NCBI GenBank assembly: GCA_937958705.1
Contig: CALGNJ010000038.1
Coordinates: 1-34,249 of the forward strand
Source: Minisyncoccota bacterium
GTDB lineage: Bacteria; Patescibacteriota; Minisyncoccia; Phycocordibacterales; GCA-2747955
Direction: 5' to 3'
DNA: 34,249 bases
The position numbers and the translations under genes are program-made. The notes under the pieces were generated by a model. The model was not told the DNA's origin. It did not search any database and was given only the letters and a program-made list of their open reading frames with translations. This document shows positions 18,411 through 25,958 of this stretch, one piece after another (positions within the stretch are counted from its first letter, which is position 1; each line of letters starts with the position of its first letter).

Positions 18411-18436
18411 AAAAAAGACCCTGATGGGTCTTTTTT
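18411..18436 (-). terminator. Terminator after the cupredoxin gene
   Basis: AAAAAAGACCC, loop TGAT, GGGTCTTTTTT. Confidence 0.75.
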
Positions 18437-18444
18437 GATTTTAT

Positions 18445-19047
18445 TTACTCAACAATTAATGTTCCAACCATACCATTTGCTCTGTGTGAACCTACAGAGC
18501 AGTAGTATTCATATGTACCTTTCTTATCTGCTGTAAAAGTAACTGTTGTTTCATTGCCTGTGGAAACCTTTTGCGTTGCTGCGTCAAATTCATCAACAAC
18601 CCAATCGTGAAATCCATCAACCGACCTAAATGTCACTGTAACCACATCACCTTCTTGTACCCTCATCTCAGTAATGTCGTATGCGAAGTTAGATCCAAGG
18701 ACTGTATATGATACCTCTCCAGGAGTTCTTACTGGTGCGACTGCATCTTGACCAATCAGTTCTCCTTCTGCTGCAATTTCTATCTGACCGCTGGTTTCTA
18801 CACCTGATTCATCAACTGATGTATCAGTGGCTCCGACAATTTCGGCAGAACCTTCTTCTTCCATTATTTGTTCAGGTGTTCTTGTGTCTTCCACCTCTTG
18901 ATCAGTACCTGCTGTTGGTGCCAATTCGGTTGAAGACTCATCCTGTGTATCAAGCATCACTAGCTCATCTTTTCCCTGTGCGAACAAATAAATTCCTCCT
19001 ATAATGAGTGCTAATAAAATAATTCCTCCTACAATTTTTGTTTTCAT
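18445..19047 (-). CDS. Membrane-anchored type-1 (blue) copper protein, cupredoxin fold
   Basis: N-terminal TM helix and an acidic linker of about 90 aa, then a C-terminal cupredoxin domain. Candidate ligands are His (GFHDW) and C-x4-H-x4-M (YYCSVGSHRANGM). Confidence 0.7.
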   Translation of the reverse strand: MKTKIVGGIILLALIIGGIYLFAQGKDELVMLDTQDESSTELAPTAGTDQEVEDTRTPEQIMEEEGSAEIVGATDTSVDESGVETSGQIEIAAEGELIGQDAVAPVRTPGEVSYTVLGSNFAYDITEMRVQEGDVVTVTFRSVDGFHDWVVDEFDAATQKVSTGNETTVTFTADKKGTYEYYCSVGSHRANGMVGTLIVE

Positions 19048-19090
19048 AATATATTTTTTATTACTAGATTATACGTTACTTTTGCTAATC

Positions 19091-19116
19091 AAAAAATATC
19101 CCAAGGGATATCTTTT
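19091..19116 (-). terminator. Terminator after the 88-aa gene
   Basis: On the minus strand: AAAAGATATCCC, loop TTG, GGATATTTTTT. Confidence 0.7.
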
Positions 19117-19128
19117 CTACCTAGCTGT

Positions 19129-19395
19129 TTAGGGTGCAATTTGTATACCATTCTCATCTGCTTTTGTACCGACAGTGTTTACCTCTATCACCTGATTTGT
19201 ATCTTCTGAGACCTCTTGCGTCCCTGTTGCTACATCTTCCTCGGAATCACTTTTGTCTTGTATGTCTATACTAGTTACAGATACCTGAGTATCATCGGTC
19301 ATTTCTTTTGTGAACTTATCTTTCTGAGAAACAACAAGAATAATTAAAAGTGCTGCTGCAAAAACAAGCGCTACCCATTTGAGTCCATCTTTCAT
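19129..19395 (-). CDS. Hypothetical membrane-anchored acidic protein (88 aa)
   Basis: TM helix (WVALVFAAALLIILVV) followed by a D/E/T/S-rich tail. The composition resembles the linker of the adjacent cupredoxin. Confidence 0.45.
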   Translation of the reverse strand: MKDGLKWVALVFAAALLIILVVSQKDKFTKEMTDDTQVSVTSIDIQDKSDSEEDVATGTQEVSEDTNQVIEVNTVGTKADENGIQIAP

Positions 19396-19453
19396 ATTAA
19401 AAATAATTATACTAATAGTAATATGTTTATTGTATCACTTGCGTCGCACCCTG

Positions 19454-20728
19454 TTATCTACAGTCACCCAGGAATGGTAGCGATAGTACTTTTTTGCCCC
19501 ATGAATCGTATACTAGTGGATTCGCATTATGTACCTGTCTATCCCTGGTATTACCTGAGCTTGAAGCCCGCGTAATGGTTCCAATACCATACTTATCTTC
19601 AATTGATTTTATGGTCTTCAAAACTTGCTTCATGTCTTGCTGATTATGTGTCTCACTAGAAAAGAGTCCTATCTGTGCATCTTGTTCTTTTAGGCCTGAC
19701 ACAACTAAATATGTTGCTCTATATTTCTTATGTGAATTCACTATCTTCCAAAAAAGTTTCTCAGCAACTGAGTAAATGACATGAGGGTCTCTTGTTTCTA
19801 CTTGCAGAACAAACTCTTCTGATATGGTCATCTCCTCAAAAGTTTTAACTCCACATCTCACTCTTGTCGCCCCTCGATCTATCCGAGAAAGCTTTCTTGC
19901 AATAATTTCACTGTGCCGTGATAACTCTGAAAGTAAATACTCAGGATTAGATGTCGGTACCCTAAAAGCGTGAATTTTACTAATACTTTGTGGGATTCTC
20001 ACACCGGTCTCAAATTCTTTGACACCTATGCCACGCAACTCCTGATGCAGTTCCTGATACGGTTTTGAAAACATATCCATCACGTACTCATGCTTCTTAG
20101 ATATGAAATCATGAATCGTAAAGATGTTATGTATATTCATCTTGGGCACACTCCTATATCCAATCCCAGGAACATGCCCAATTGGTAATTTGTATAGAGT
20201 GGAATATAAAAAGTCTTTGGTAATAACTGTTAGTCCATGTGGTTTGTTGCAATTGGATCCGATCTTCGCGAGCGTTTTAGTTGGACCAAGACCAATGGAA
20301 AATGTTATCCCTAAAGCTGTGTGCAGATCTGACTGGATTTGTAATGCAATTTTTTCATAAGAACATCCGAGTCTTTTATCCAAGCCTGTAATATCAGCAT
20401 ATAATTCATCAATACTATTTTTTTCTACTTTGTCGCAGGTCCGTAATACAATCTGCTTAAAACGATTAGAAAAAAGGGAATATTTTTTATAGTCTGAAGA
20501 TACAAGCAATACTTCTGGATAGTCCCTCTTGAGTTCAGAAACCTTTAACCCCCGGGTGACTCCGAGTGCTTTTGCTTCGTATGAATATGCAGTTGCTATG
20601 CCTCTTTCATGTCCTACCGCGATTGGCTTTCCCCTCAAGTTACTGTTTGTTGCTTGTTCACATGATGCAAAGAAGGCATCCCCATCAATATGTAAGATAG
20701 CCTTGGGATATGAGTACTCTGATTTCAT
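19454..20728 (-). CDS. dinB: Y-family DNA polymerase (Pol IV / UmuC-like)
   Basis: ILHIDGDAFFASCEQ catalytic motif, palm/fingers/thumb regions and a little-finger region. 424 aa, starting 5 nt after the lexA stop. Confidence 0.88.
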   Translation of the reverse strand: MKSEYSYPKAILHIDGDAFFASCEQATNSNLRGKPIAVGHERGIATAYSYEAKALGVTRGLKVSELKRDYPEVLLVSSDYKKYSLFSNRFKQIVLRTCDKVEKNSIDELYADITGLDKRLGCSYEKIALQIQSDLHTALGITFSIGLGPTKTLAKIGSNCNKPHGLTVITKDFLYSTLYKLPIGHVPGIGYRSVPKMNIHNIFTIHDFISKKHEYVMDMFSKPYQELHQELRGIGVKEFETGVRIPQSISKIHAFRVPTSNPEYLLSELSRHSEIIARKLSRIDRGATRVRCGVKTFEEMTISEEFVLQVETRDPHVIYSVAEKLFWKIVNSHKKYRATYLVVSGLKEQDAQIGLFSSETHNQQDMKQVLKTIKSIEDKYGIGTITRASSSGNTRDRQVHNANPLVYDSWGKKVLSLPFLGDCR

Positions 20729-20733
20729 TAGTT

Positions 20734-21312
20734 TTATGTATTGTTATATCGACGAATTACTGATATCACCTTTGCCTCTACATCCAAAGACCCTTCTGGG
20801 TAAATATCATCATACTCATCATTTGCTGCCTCTAAGTAATATGCATCTGTCTGCTTGTTGTGTCGCAAGTATTTTAAAGTGAAAGAACCATCTACATCAG
20901 CGACAACAATGTCTCCAGGTTTTACATTTCTGGTTCTCTCAACAAGTACATAATCTCCATTCATAATTCCTGCGTCTTTCATTGACGGACCTTTTACTTT
21001 TAAAAGATAACTTGCTTCTTTGTCATCAACCAACCATTCATCAAGAGACATGGTGTCAATTTCTTGCTCTTCTACTGGGGCTGGAAATCCTGCCTCTACA
21101 AGACCGAGTAGTCTAATTGAGTATGGACTAAATGTTGGAATAAGCCTTCCCTTCTTATCTTTTTCAAGGACGCCGTACCGAGCTAATTTAGTAACAAGCT
21201 TAGAGGCTGCATTTTTACTTTTATAATTAAAAATTTCACATATTTCACTATATGTAGGCATGCGTTTATGATTTCTATAAAATGCTTGAATGATCTGGGC
21301 TTTCTCTTCCAT
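20734..21312 (-). CDS. lexA: LexA-type repressor (S24 peptidase)
   Basis: N-terminal winged-helix domain, an Ala-Gly cleavage site (VEAGFP), catalytic Ser (GPSM) and Lys (TLKYL). 192 aa. Confidence 0.85.
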   Translation of the reverse strand: MEEKAQIIQAFYRNHKRMPTYSEICEIFNYKSKNAASKLVTKLARYGVLEKDKKGRLIPTFSPYSIRLLGLVEAGFPAPVEEQEIDTMSLDEWLVDDKEASYLLKVKGPSMKDAGIMNGDYVLVERTRNVKPGDIVVADVDGSFTLKYLRHNKQTDAYYLEAANDEYDDIYPEGSLDVEAKVISVIRRYNNT

Positions 21313-21325
21313 AATTTAGATAATT

Positions 21326-21373
21326 AAAATGCTAATACATACATATTAGCATTTTGGTGAACGATTGTACACC
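21326..21373 (-). promoter_or_regulatory. Candidate operator/terminator region upstream of lexA
   Basis: A perfect 12-bp inverted repeat AAAATGCTAATA-N6-TATTAGCATTTT lies at 21326-21355. Next to it is the Cheo-box-like GAAC-N4-GTAC (21359-21370), set inside a 14/18 palindrome. Confidence 0.4.
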
Positions 21374-21388
21374 TATCTCTGTGTGCAA

Positions 21389-22129
21389 CTATTTTCTAGA
21401 GTTTCTCCATTGATACATTGCAATTGCTGTTGATGTACCCGCATTGAGTGACTCACACTCTGGCTCCATTGGAATTGAAAGCAATATGTCACAAGCCTCT
21501 TTTGTTTTCTTTCTAATCCCCTCTCCTTCATTACCAACAACAAGCGCTGTAGGTGCATCAAATACTTCATTTGTGATTGATTGTTTTGATTCACCGTCTA
21601 AGCCATAAATCCAGAATCCAGCCTTCTTAAGGTCCGCTAGTGCTTGGTTTACATTTCCAATTGAAACAAGTGGAATCCTAAAAGCCATTCCGACTGAGAC
21701 TTTAATTACTGTCGCATTCACTTTTGCTTGTTTGTGAGTTGGGATCAAGATACCAGAAATACCAAATGCTGCTGCTGAACGAATCATTGATCCTACATTT
21801 TGTGGATCTTGTACTTCTCCTAAAACGAGTACTCCTGTCTTCGAGGTTGGTTCAAGACTCTTAATAAAGTCATCAAAATCTTGCATGATTCCTTCCTGAT
21901 AGATTTCCGCAACAACACCTTGGTGAACCGCATCTTTTGGAACACCTTTGGGCATATGTCGTGAATCAAAAGACTCGGACTTAATACCTTGATCTTTTAC
22001 GTACTGATACATATGTTGTTTTGCATCAGCCCCTGATTGAAACATGACTCGTTTAAAAATGTGAGGCATGTGCAACAACGCCTCTTTGACGGGATGTTTC
22101 CCATAAATGTATGTAGTGTCTTTCTTCAT
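21389..22129 (-). CDS. rlmB: SpoU/TrmH-family RNA 2'-O-methyltransferase (RlmB-like)
   Basis: MKKDTTYIYGKHPVKEAL... N-terminal substrate-binding domain, plus SPOUT motifs (VQDPQNVGSMIRSAAAFG, VVGNEGEGI, SLNAGTSTAIAMY). The true ATG is at 22129; the listed 324-aa ORF runs into the upstream gene. Confidence 0.85.
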   Translation of the reverse strand: MKKDTTYIYGKHPVKEALLHMPHIFKRVMFQSGADAKQHMYQYVKDQGIKSESFDSRHMPKGVPKDAVHQGVVAEIYQEGIMQDFDDFIKSLEPTSKTGVLVLGEVQDPQNVGSMIRSAAAFGISGILIPTHKQAKVNATVIKVSVGMAFRIPLVSIGNVNQALADLKKAGFWIYGLDGESKQSITNEVFDAPTALVVGNEGEGIRKKTKEACDILLSIPMEPECESLNAGTSTAIAMYQWRNSRK

Positions 22130-22161
22130 GCCGGAAGTATACCAGAAATATACACAACAAA

Positions 22162-22189
22162 GAAAAACAAACCGTACGGTTTGTTTCTC
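22162..22189 (-). terminator. Terminator after the acidic repeat protein gene
   Basis: On the minus strand: GAAACAAACC, loop GTAC, GGTTTGTTT followed by a T-rich run. Confidence 0.7.
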
Positions 22190-22208
22190 TTTGATTCTAC
22201 TTGATTCT

Positions 22209-23708
22209 TTATAGTTCGTCTTCTGCATCCTTAGCAAGCTGTTCTGCCTCTTCTGCTTGTTCTTCTGCGTCCTCTGCTTTTTTGATTGCTTTATCGTAAT
22301 CTTCATCCTCATACTCCTTCTCTGCATCCTCAAGATCATCCTTTGCATCATCATACTTCTCATCAGCCTCTTTCAATTTATCTTCAGCATCGTCTACATT
22401 ATCACCGTCATCTTCAGCCTCTTTTATCTTGTCTTCAGCTTCATTGATTTCTTTCTTTGCGTCATCAAGTGCATCCTCTGCGTCATCAATTGCTTTCTTA
22501 GCGTCATCTTTGAGTGATTCTCCATCTTTGGCAATTTTTTCCGCATCTTTGGCTAAGTCCTCAGCATCTTTTGCCAAATCTTCAGCCTTTTCATAATTCT
22601 TATCATCATACTCGTCTTTTGCTTCATCGTACCTCTCATCAGCCTCTTTCAATTTATCTTCAGCATCTTCCACATCAACTCCATCATCTTCGGCTTTCTT
22701 GATTTCATCTTCAGCTTCATTAATAGCATCTTTCGCATCATCAAGTGCTTCTTTTGCGTCATCTTTATCTCCATCAGTTTCACCAATTGCATCTTCAGCG
22801 TCTTCAGCCATATCTTCAGCTTCTTTACCAAGTGAGACAGCTAAAGCATATTTTTCCTCATCATATGCGTCTTCTGCCTCTTTAAGTTTATCTTCAGCAT
22901 CTTTAAATAGATCTTCAGCCGTCTCAACGTCTTCACCCTTGTCTTCCTCTTCTTTTATTTCATCCTCAACTTCTTCAAAAGTATCTTCAATATCATCGAG
23001 TGCTCGTTTTGCTTCAATTCGAGTAACCTCATCATCAACCACACTAGTTGTTGAGCCTGAACCGATTGCTGCTTGCGCCTGCTTTGTTTTTGTTAAGGCA
23101 GTATTAGCAGAGGTAATAGCCTTACTTGTCTGATTATCTAGAAAAGCAAAAATAGCATCAAACAGATTTGACTGTGCATCATTTTGCAATGTTTCAGCTG
23201 TAGACGTTTTAAGCTTGTCGCTCTTTGCGTCATTAATCATATTTGTAGTGTTTTCAACTTCAGTTACTGCACTCTTTAGTGCCAGTCTGAGCAGTGCTGA
23301 AAGTCCAGTATTTGCCGGAGTGGTTACTGTAGTAGTTTGAGTTGCAACTGTTGTAGGTGCTACTAAATCAGTTGAGACCCGTGCGTATGTAGCTCGTGAT
23401 ACTGGCCCCCAATACCCTGTTGCCGGAGACACTCCCTGTGCACGTTGCCAATTAATAACAGCTGCTTTTGTTCCACCTGCAAATTTGGTTGTTTCCAGAC
23501 CTGTTGAACCGAGCCCCGATGTTGCAACTGGAAATCCAGATGTGTTTAGAAATTCTTGTAAACACTGCACGTCAGCACCTATGTCTCCAACCTCTAAGTC
23601 TCTATCAAAAGTACATGATGCTGCCTCGGTAAAACTAGGCATCATCAATACTGCCACAAACCCTGCAAGACCCGCCAAAAGTATTTTTAAAGAAGATGTA
23701 TTAACCAT
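22209..23708 (-). CDS. Secreted or anchored protein: peptidoglycan-binding domain plus long acidic coiled-coil repeats
   Basis: Signal/TM segment, then a PG_binding_1-like segment (GDIGADVQCLQEFLNTSGF...INWQRAQGVSPATGYWGP), a Thr/Ala-rich linker, and about 270 aa of D/E/K/A repeats. Confidence 0.65.
   Translation of the reverse strand: MVNTSSLKILLAGLAGFVAVLMMPSFTEAASCTFDRDLEVGDIGADVQCLQEFLNTSGFPVATSGLGSTGLETTKFAGGTKAAVINWQRAQGVSPATGYWGPVSRATYARVSTDLVAPTTVATQTTTVTTPANTGLSALLRLALKSAVTEVENTTNMINDAKSDKLKTSTAETLQNDAQSNLFDAIFAFLDNQTSKAITSANTALTKTKQAQAAIGSGSTTSVVDDEVTRIEAKRALDDIEDTFEEVEDEIKEEEDKGEDVETAEDLFKDAEDKLKEAEDAYDEEKYALAVSLGKEAEDMAEDAEDAIGETDGDKDDAKEALDDAKDAINEAEDEIKKAEDDGVDVEDAEDKLKEADERYDEAKDEYDDKNYEKAEDLAKDAEDLAKDAEKIAKDGESLKDDAKKAIDDAEDALDDAKKEINEAEDKIKEAEDDGDNVDDAEDKLKEADEKYDDAKDDLEDAEKEYEDEDYDKAIKKAEDAEEQAEEAEQLAKDAEDEL
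22212..23021 (-). repeat. About three tandem coding repeats of 85-92 codons
   Basis: A block of about 32 nt, TCATCAGCCTCTTTCAATTTATCTTCAGCATC, recurs around 22359 and 22636, a period of about 277 nt. The peptide DAEDKLKEADE(R/K)YD(E/D)AKD recurs with a 92-aa period. Confidence 0.7.
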
Positions 23709-23780
23709 GATGATTTTTTATGTACTAATAACTCTATTATATACAAGAATTTGTACAAACTTGTGAGAAATTGTGTATAG

Positions 23781-23804
23781 AAAAAGCAGGGTGCTTTCCC
23801 TGCT
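23781..23804 (-). terminator. Terminator after the Nudix gene
   Basis: On the minus strand: AGCAGGG, loop AAAGCA, CCCTGCT followed by TTTTTC. Confidence 0.7.
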
Positions 23805-23815
23805 CTATTTCTTAA

Positions 23816-24583
23816 TTAGTAGTCACCTTCGTTCTCTTCGTCTTCGTAATCGTCTTCTTCAATTGATGGGTCGTATGCTTCACCGCCCAACCGTTCAATC
23901 ACTTCATGAATCATTTCGTCATGCGCATCATCAGGATTTCCTTCTGCCTCTTCATATAGCTCATTTAGAATCTCTGGTACCTCAACACTCTTGAATCCAG
24001 CTTCAACAATATCTGTCACGTATTCTCGCATTTCTTCAAAAAAATCTTCTCGCTCCATGTGTGCCATACTCTTTTTAGTTAAACGTAATATAGAAGCATC
24101 ATAATATTTTTTTAGGAAGATGCAACACCTTTTACCAACAGTGGGTTTTTTATGTTTGGCTCTGTCAAATACCTCAGCAAACTGTGCGACGTTTGAATAT
24201 ACAAGCTCCGGAAGTGTGTCTTTGTTTACAAATTTTACTTCGTTGCACTCTCGGCTTGGAGTGAAGTCCAGGTGCGGAACAGTTGTCTCATAAAACAGAT
24301 TGGCTATCCAAGACCCTGTCCGATCATGCTGACCTGTTATCACATATACGGGTAGCTCGGCAACATGTGTTGGCGTAATTCCCATCTCTTCTTCCAGTTC
24401 TCGTGTCACGTTTGCTTGTGCACCTTGTCCATACTCCCATCCTCCTCCTGGAAACTCCCATTTTCCGTTTGATTCTTTTGTTATCAAGAACTTGGTTCTT
24501 GTTTCGTCTAGGATTAACGCTTTAGTACTAATTCGGTAAAAATTTGGAGGAATATTTTCATTGTGTTCTGTAGGTGATTTCAT
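23816..24583 (-). CDS. Nudix hydrolase continuous in frame with an acidic C-terminal module
   Basis: Nudix box GGGWEYGQGAQANVTRELEEEMGI. From residue 173 (ATG 24067) an 83-aa, highly acidic segment follows an AT-rich, promoter-like spacer. Confidence 0.7.
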   Translation of the reverse strand: MKSPTEHNENIPPNFYRISTKALILDETRTKFLITKESNGKWEFPGGGWEYGQGAQANVTRELEEEMGITPTHVAELPVYVITGQHDRTGSWIANLFYETTVPHLDFTPSRECNEVKFVNKDTLPELVYSNVAQFAEVFDRAKHKKPTVGKRCCIFLKKYYDASILRLTKKSMAHMEREDFFEEMREYVTDIVEAGFKSVEVPEILNELYEEAEGNPDDAHDEMIHEVIERLGGEAYDPSIEEDDYEDEENEGDY

Positions 24584-24612
24584 CTTGTGAGTATAGCAGA
24601 GTATTATTATCT

Positions 24613-25203
24613 ATGGTTAAATTAGACTATAATGAATATTCATGGTATAAAATATCTCGGATCGTGAAGGGAGAAAAAGTGATCGACATACAGTTACAAA
24701 ATATATCCGAGGGAATCTATGGTTTTACCATTAATCCTATTGAACGGTCACGGAGAGTGTGGGCGAAGACACTTGATGGCGATGGACACTATGTCCAGTC
24801 AAAAGTTCATGCAATTGTTGATTCTGTACAGAAACACAAATCCGGCGTCCTTTTGCAGGGCGTCATCATTACAGACACTGCAATTAAAAAACCGACTCAG
24901 CGTGCGGCGTACAAAGTCGCAGCTAATCTTGGCTACGGCAACAAAGCCTGCAAAGCTGAGCTTGCCTACTACCTCCGCATGGGCATCTCAAACGCGAAAC
25001 TTGCTGAGATTGGGGCACAGCGGATTATTGTTTCTCATGAACCAATCACATTCGGTGGAACCTCTTATCAACTCGGTATCACGTCGGAGTACTCTGTCTC
25101 AGGTATATTCCCCTATTGGGCGATTACATCAGACGCTCCTTGGCAAAGCCCTCGCGGTAAATGTCCAGATCTCAATGACACAGTATTCGCCTTTGTCATG
25201 TAA
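24613..25203 (+). CDS. Hypothetical protein (196 aa) in a locally G+C-rich segment
   Basis: ATG 24613 (MVKLDYNEY...); the listed 24574 start is upstream. I recognise no family. An overlapping 182-aa ORF in another frame fits raised G+C. A terminator follows. Confidence 0.5.
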   Translation: MVKLDYNEYSWYKISRIVKGEKVIDIQLQNISEGIYGFTINPIERSRRVWAKTLDGDGHYVQSKVHAIVDSVQKHKSGVLLQGVIITDTAIKKPTQRAAYKVAANLGYGNKACKAELAYYLRMGISNAKLAEIGAQRIIVSHEPITFGGTSYQLGITSEYSVSGIFPYWAITSDAPWQSPRGKCPDLNDTVFAFVM

Positions 25204-25226
25204 TACAAATAAAATCCTTTCAGGTA

Positions 25227-25254
25227 GCGCACCATTTCATGGTGCGTCTTTTTT
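25227..25254. terminator. Bidirectional terminator between convergent genes
   Basis: GCGCACCAT, loop TTC, ATGGTGCG followed by a T run. Confidence 0.7.
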
Positions 25255-25255
25255 A

Positions 25256-25660
25256 TTAAAAATCTAATTCGAGATCATTGAGCAAAATATCTTCATTCTC
25301 TAGAACCTCTTGAATATCTTGCACGTGAAAAACTGCTGGATGTAGCTGCATAAGTGACCGCTTAGAATCCTCACCTACAATATAGATTTTATTTGCCTTA
25401 CTGTTCGATAGTGCAATTCCTAGCTCTACAAACATGTCGGTACCTTCTGAGTCACTTATCAATACAAAAATATCTGCCTCTAACACTTGTTCTACTATTC
25501 GCTCCGAAAAGGCAGTAACTTCTGGATTATTCTCAAATGAATTAAATTTCTCAACATATAACCACTCAGAAAGCACTTCTTCTCCTACCTCAGTAAGTTT
25601 ATCTGCCAAAGCTCTTAATGTTGTCTGATGACGTGTTCGTGATGCTAGGTACCATTTCAT
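25256..25660 (-). CDS. Nucleoside 2-deoxyribosyltransferase-like (NDT-fold) protein
   Basis: MKWYLASR... N-terminus and ADIFVLISDSEGTDMFVELGIALSNSKANKIYIV resemble the NDT family's D..GT..E.G.A motif region. I prefer ATG 25660; the listed 25666 start is a TTG. Confidence 0.4.
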   Translation of the reverse strand: MKWYLASRTRHQTTLRALADKLTEVGEEVLSEWLYVEKFNSFENNPEVTAFSERIVEQVLEADIFVLISDSEGTDMFVELGIALSNSKANKIYIVGEDSKRSLMQLHPAVFHVQDIQEVLENEDILLNDLELDF

Positions 25661-25679
25661 AAGCAAAGTATATCAAATC

Positions 25680-25699
25680 AAAATAGCCCTTACGGACTA
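25680..25699 (-). terminator. Terminator after module B
   Basis: On the minus strand: TAGTCC, loop GTAA, GGGCTA followed by TTTTGATTTG. One G-U pair exists only in the minus-strand RNA. Confidence 0.55.
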
Positions 25700-25715
25700 T
25701 CTTTAGATATACGTG

Positions 25716-25837
25716 CTACCGGACTAAGACTCAGCGCCAGTTCTAATTCACTACGTTCATAAGAACTCGCTGCCCCGTCCCTCACCTCCTCACTTCGTTT
25801 GTCGAGAGTTCGGTCTTGTTCGAGTCCAGTTCCAATA
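25716..25837 (-). ncRNA. Module B: unclassified 122-nt structured element 3' of tRNA-Gln
   Basis: The 5' arm is antisense and the 3' arm is sense to the tRNA-Gln 3' half. The core is homologous to module A, with compensatory changes in the stem of a shared hairpin. See findings. Confidence 0.45.
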
Positions 25838-25842
25838 GGTAT

Positions 25843-25882
25843 AACAAAATCACCCAGCCTATTCAGACTGGGTTCATTTGTT
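25843..25882 (-). terminator. Long hairpin directly after tRNA-Gln
   Basis: On the minus strand: AACAAA-TGA-ACCCAG, loop TCTGAATAGG, CTGGGT-GAT-TTTGTT. Confidence 0.5.
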
Positions 25883-25887
25883 ACATG

Positions 25888-25958
25888 CTACCGGACTAGG
25901 ACTCGAACCTAGATTGCCTGGACCAAAACCAGGTGTCCTGCCATTAGACGATCCGGTA
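25888..25958 (-). tRNA. tRNA-Gln (anticodon UUG)
   Basis: The 71-nt cloverleaf folds by hand: UACCGGA acceptor, anticodon arm CCUGG-UUUUGGU-CCAGG, T arm CUAGG-UUCGAGU-CCUAG. It has a U1-A72 pair and G73 discriminator, and no encoded CCA. Confidence 0.88.

Noticed and set aside
22130-22363. N-terminal 78 codons of the listed 324-aa ORF (21389..22363)
   Set aside because: This part overlaps the 3' end and terminator of the upstream gene and encodes low-complexity M/R/K/Q sequence. The SpoU-family homology starts at MKKDTTYIYGKHP (ATG 22129), which has a -10 box 6 nt upstream.
22257-23133. Long plus-strand ORFs of 86, 62 and 144 aa, Ser/Leu/Ile-rich, lying antisense to the acidic repeat protein gene
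   Set aside because: They are mirror images of a GAx/AAx-rich low-complexity coding repeat. They have no start context, promoter or recognisable fold, while the minus-strand gene has a signal peptide, a PG-binding domain, a promoter and a terminator.
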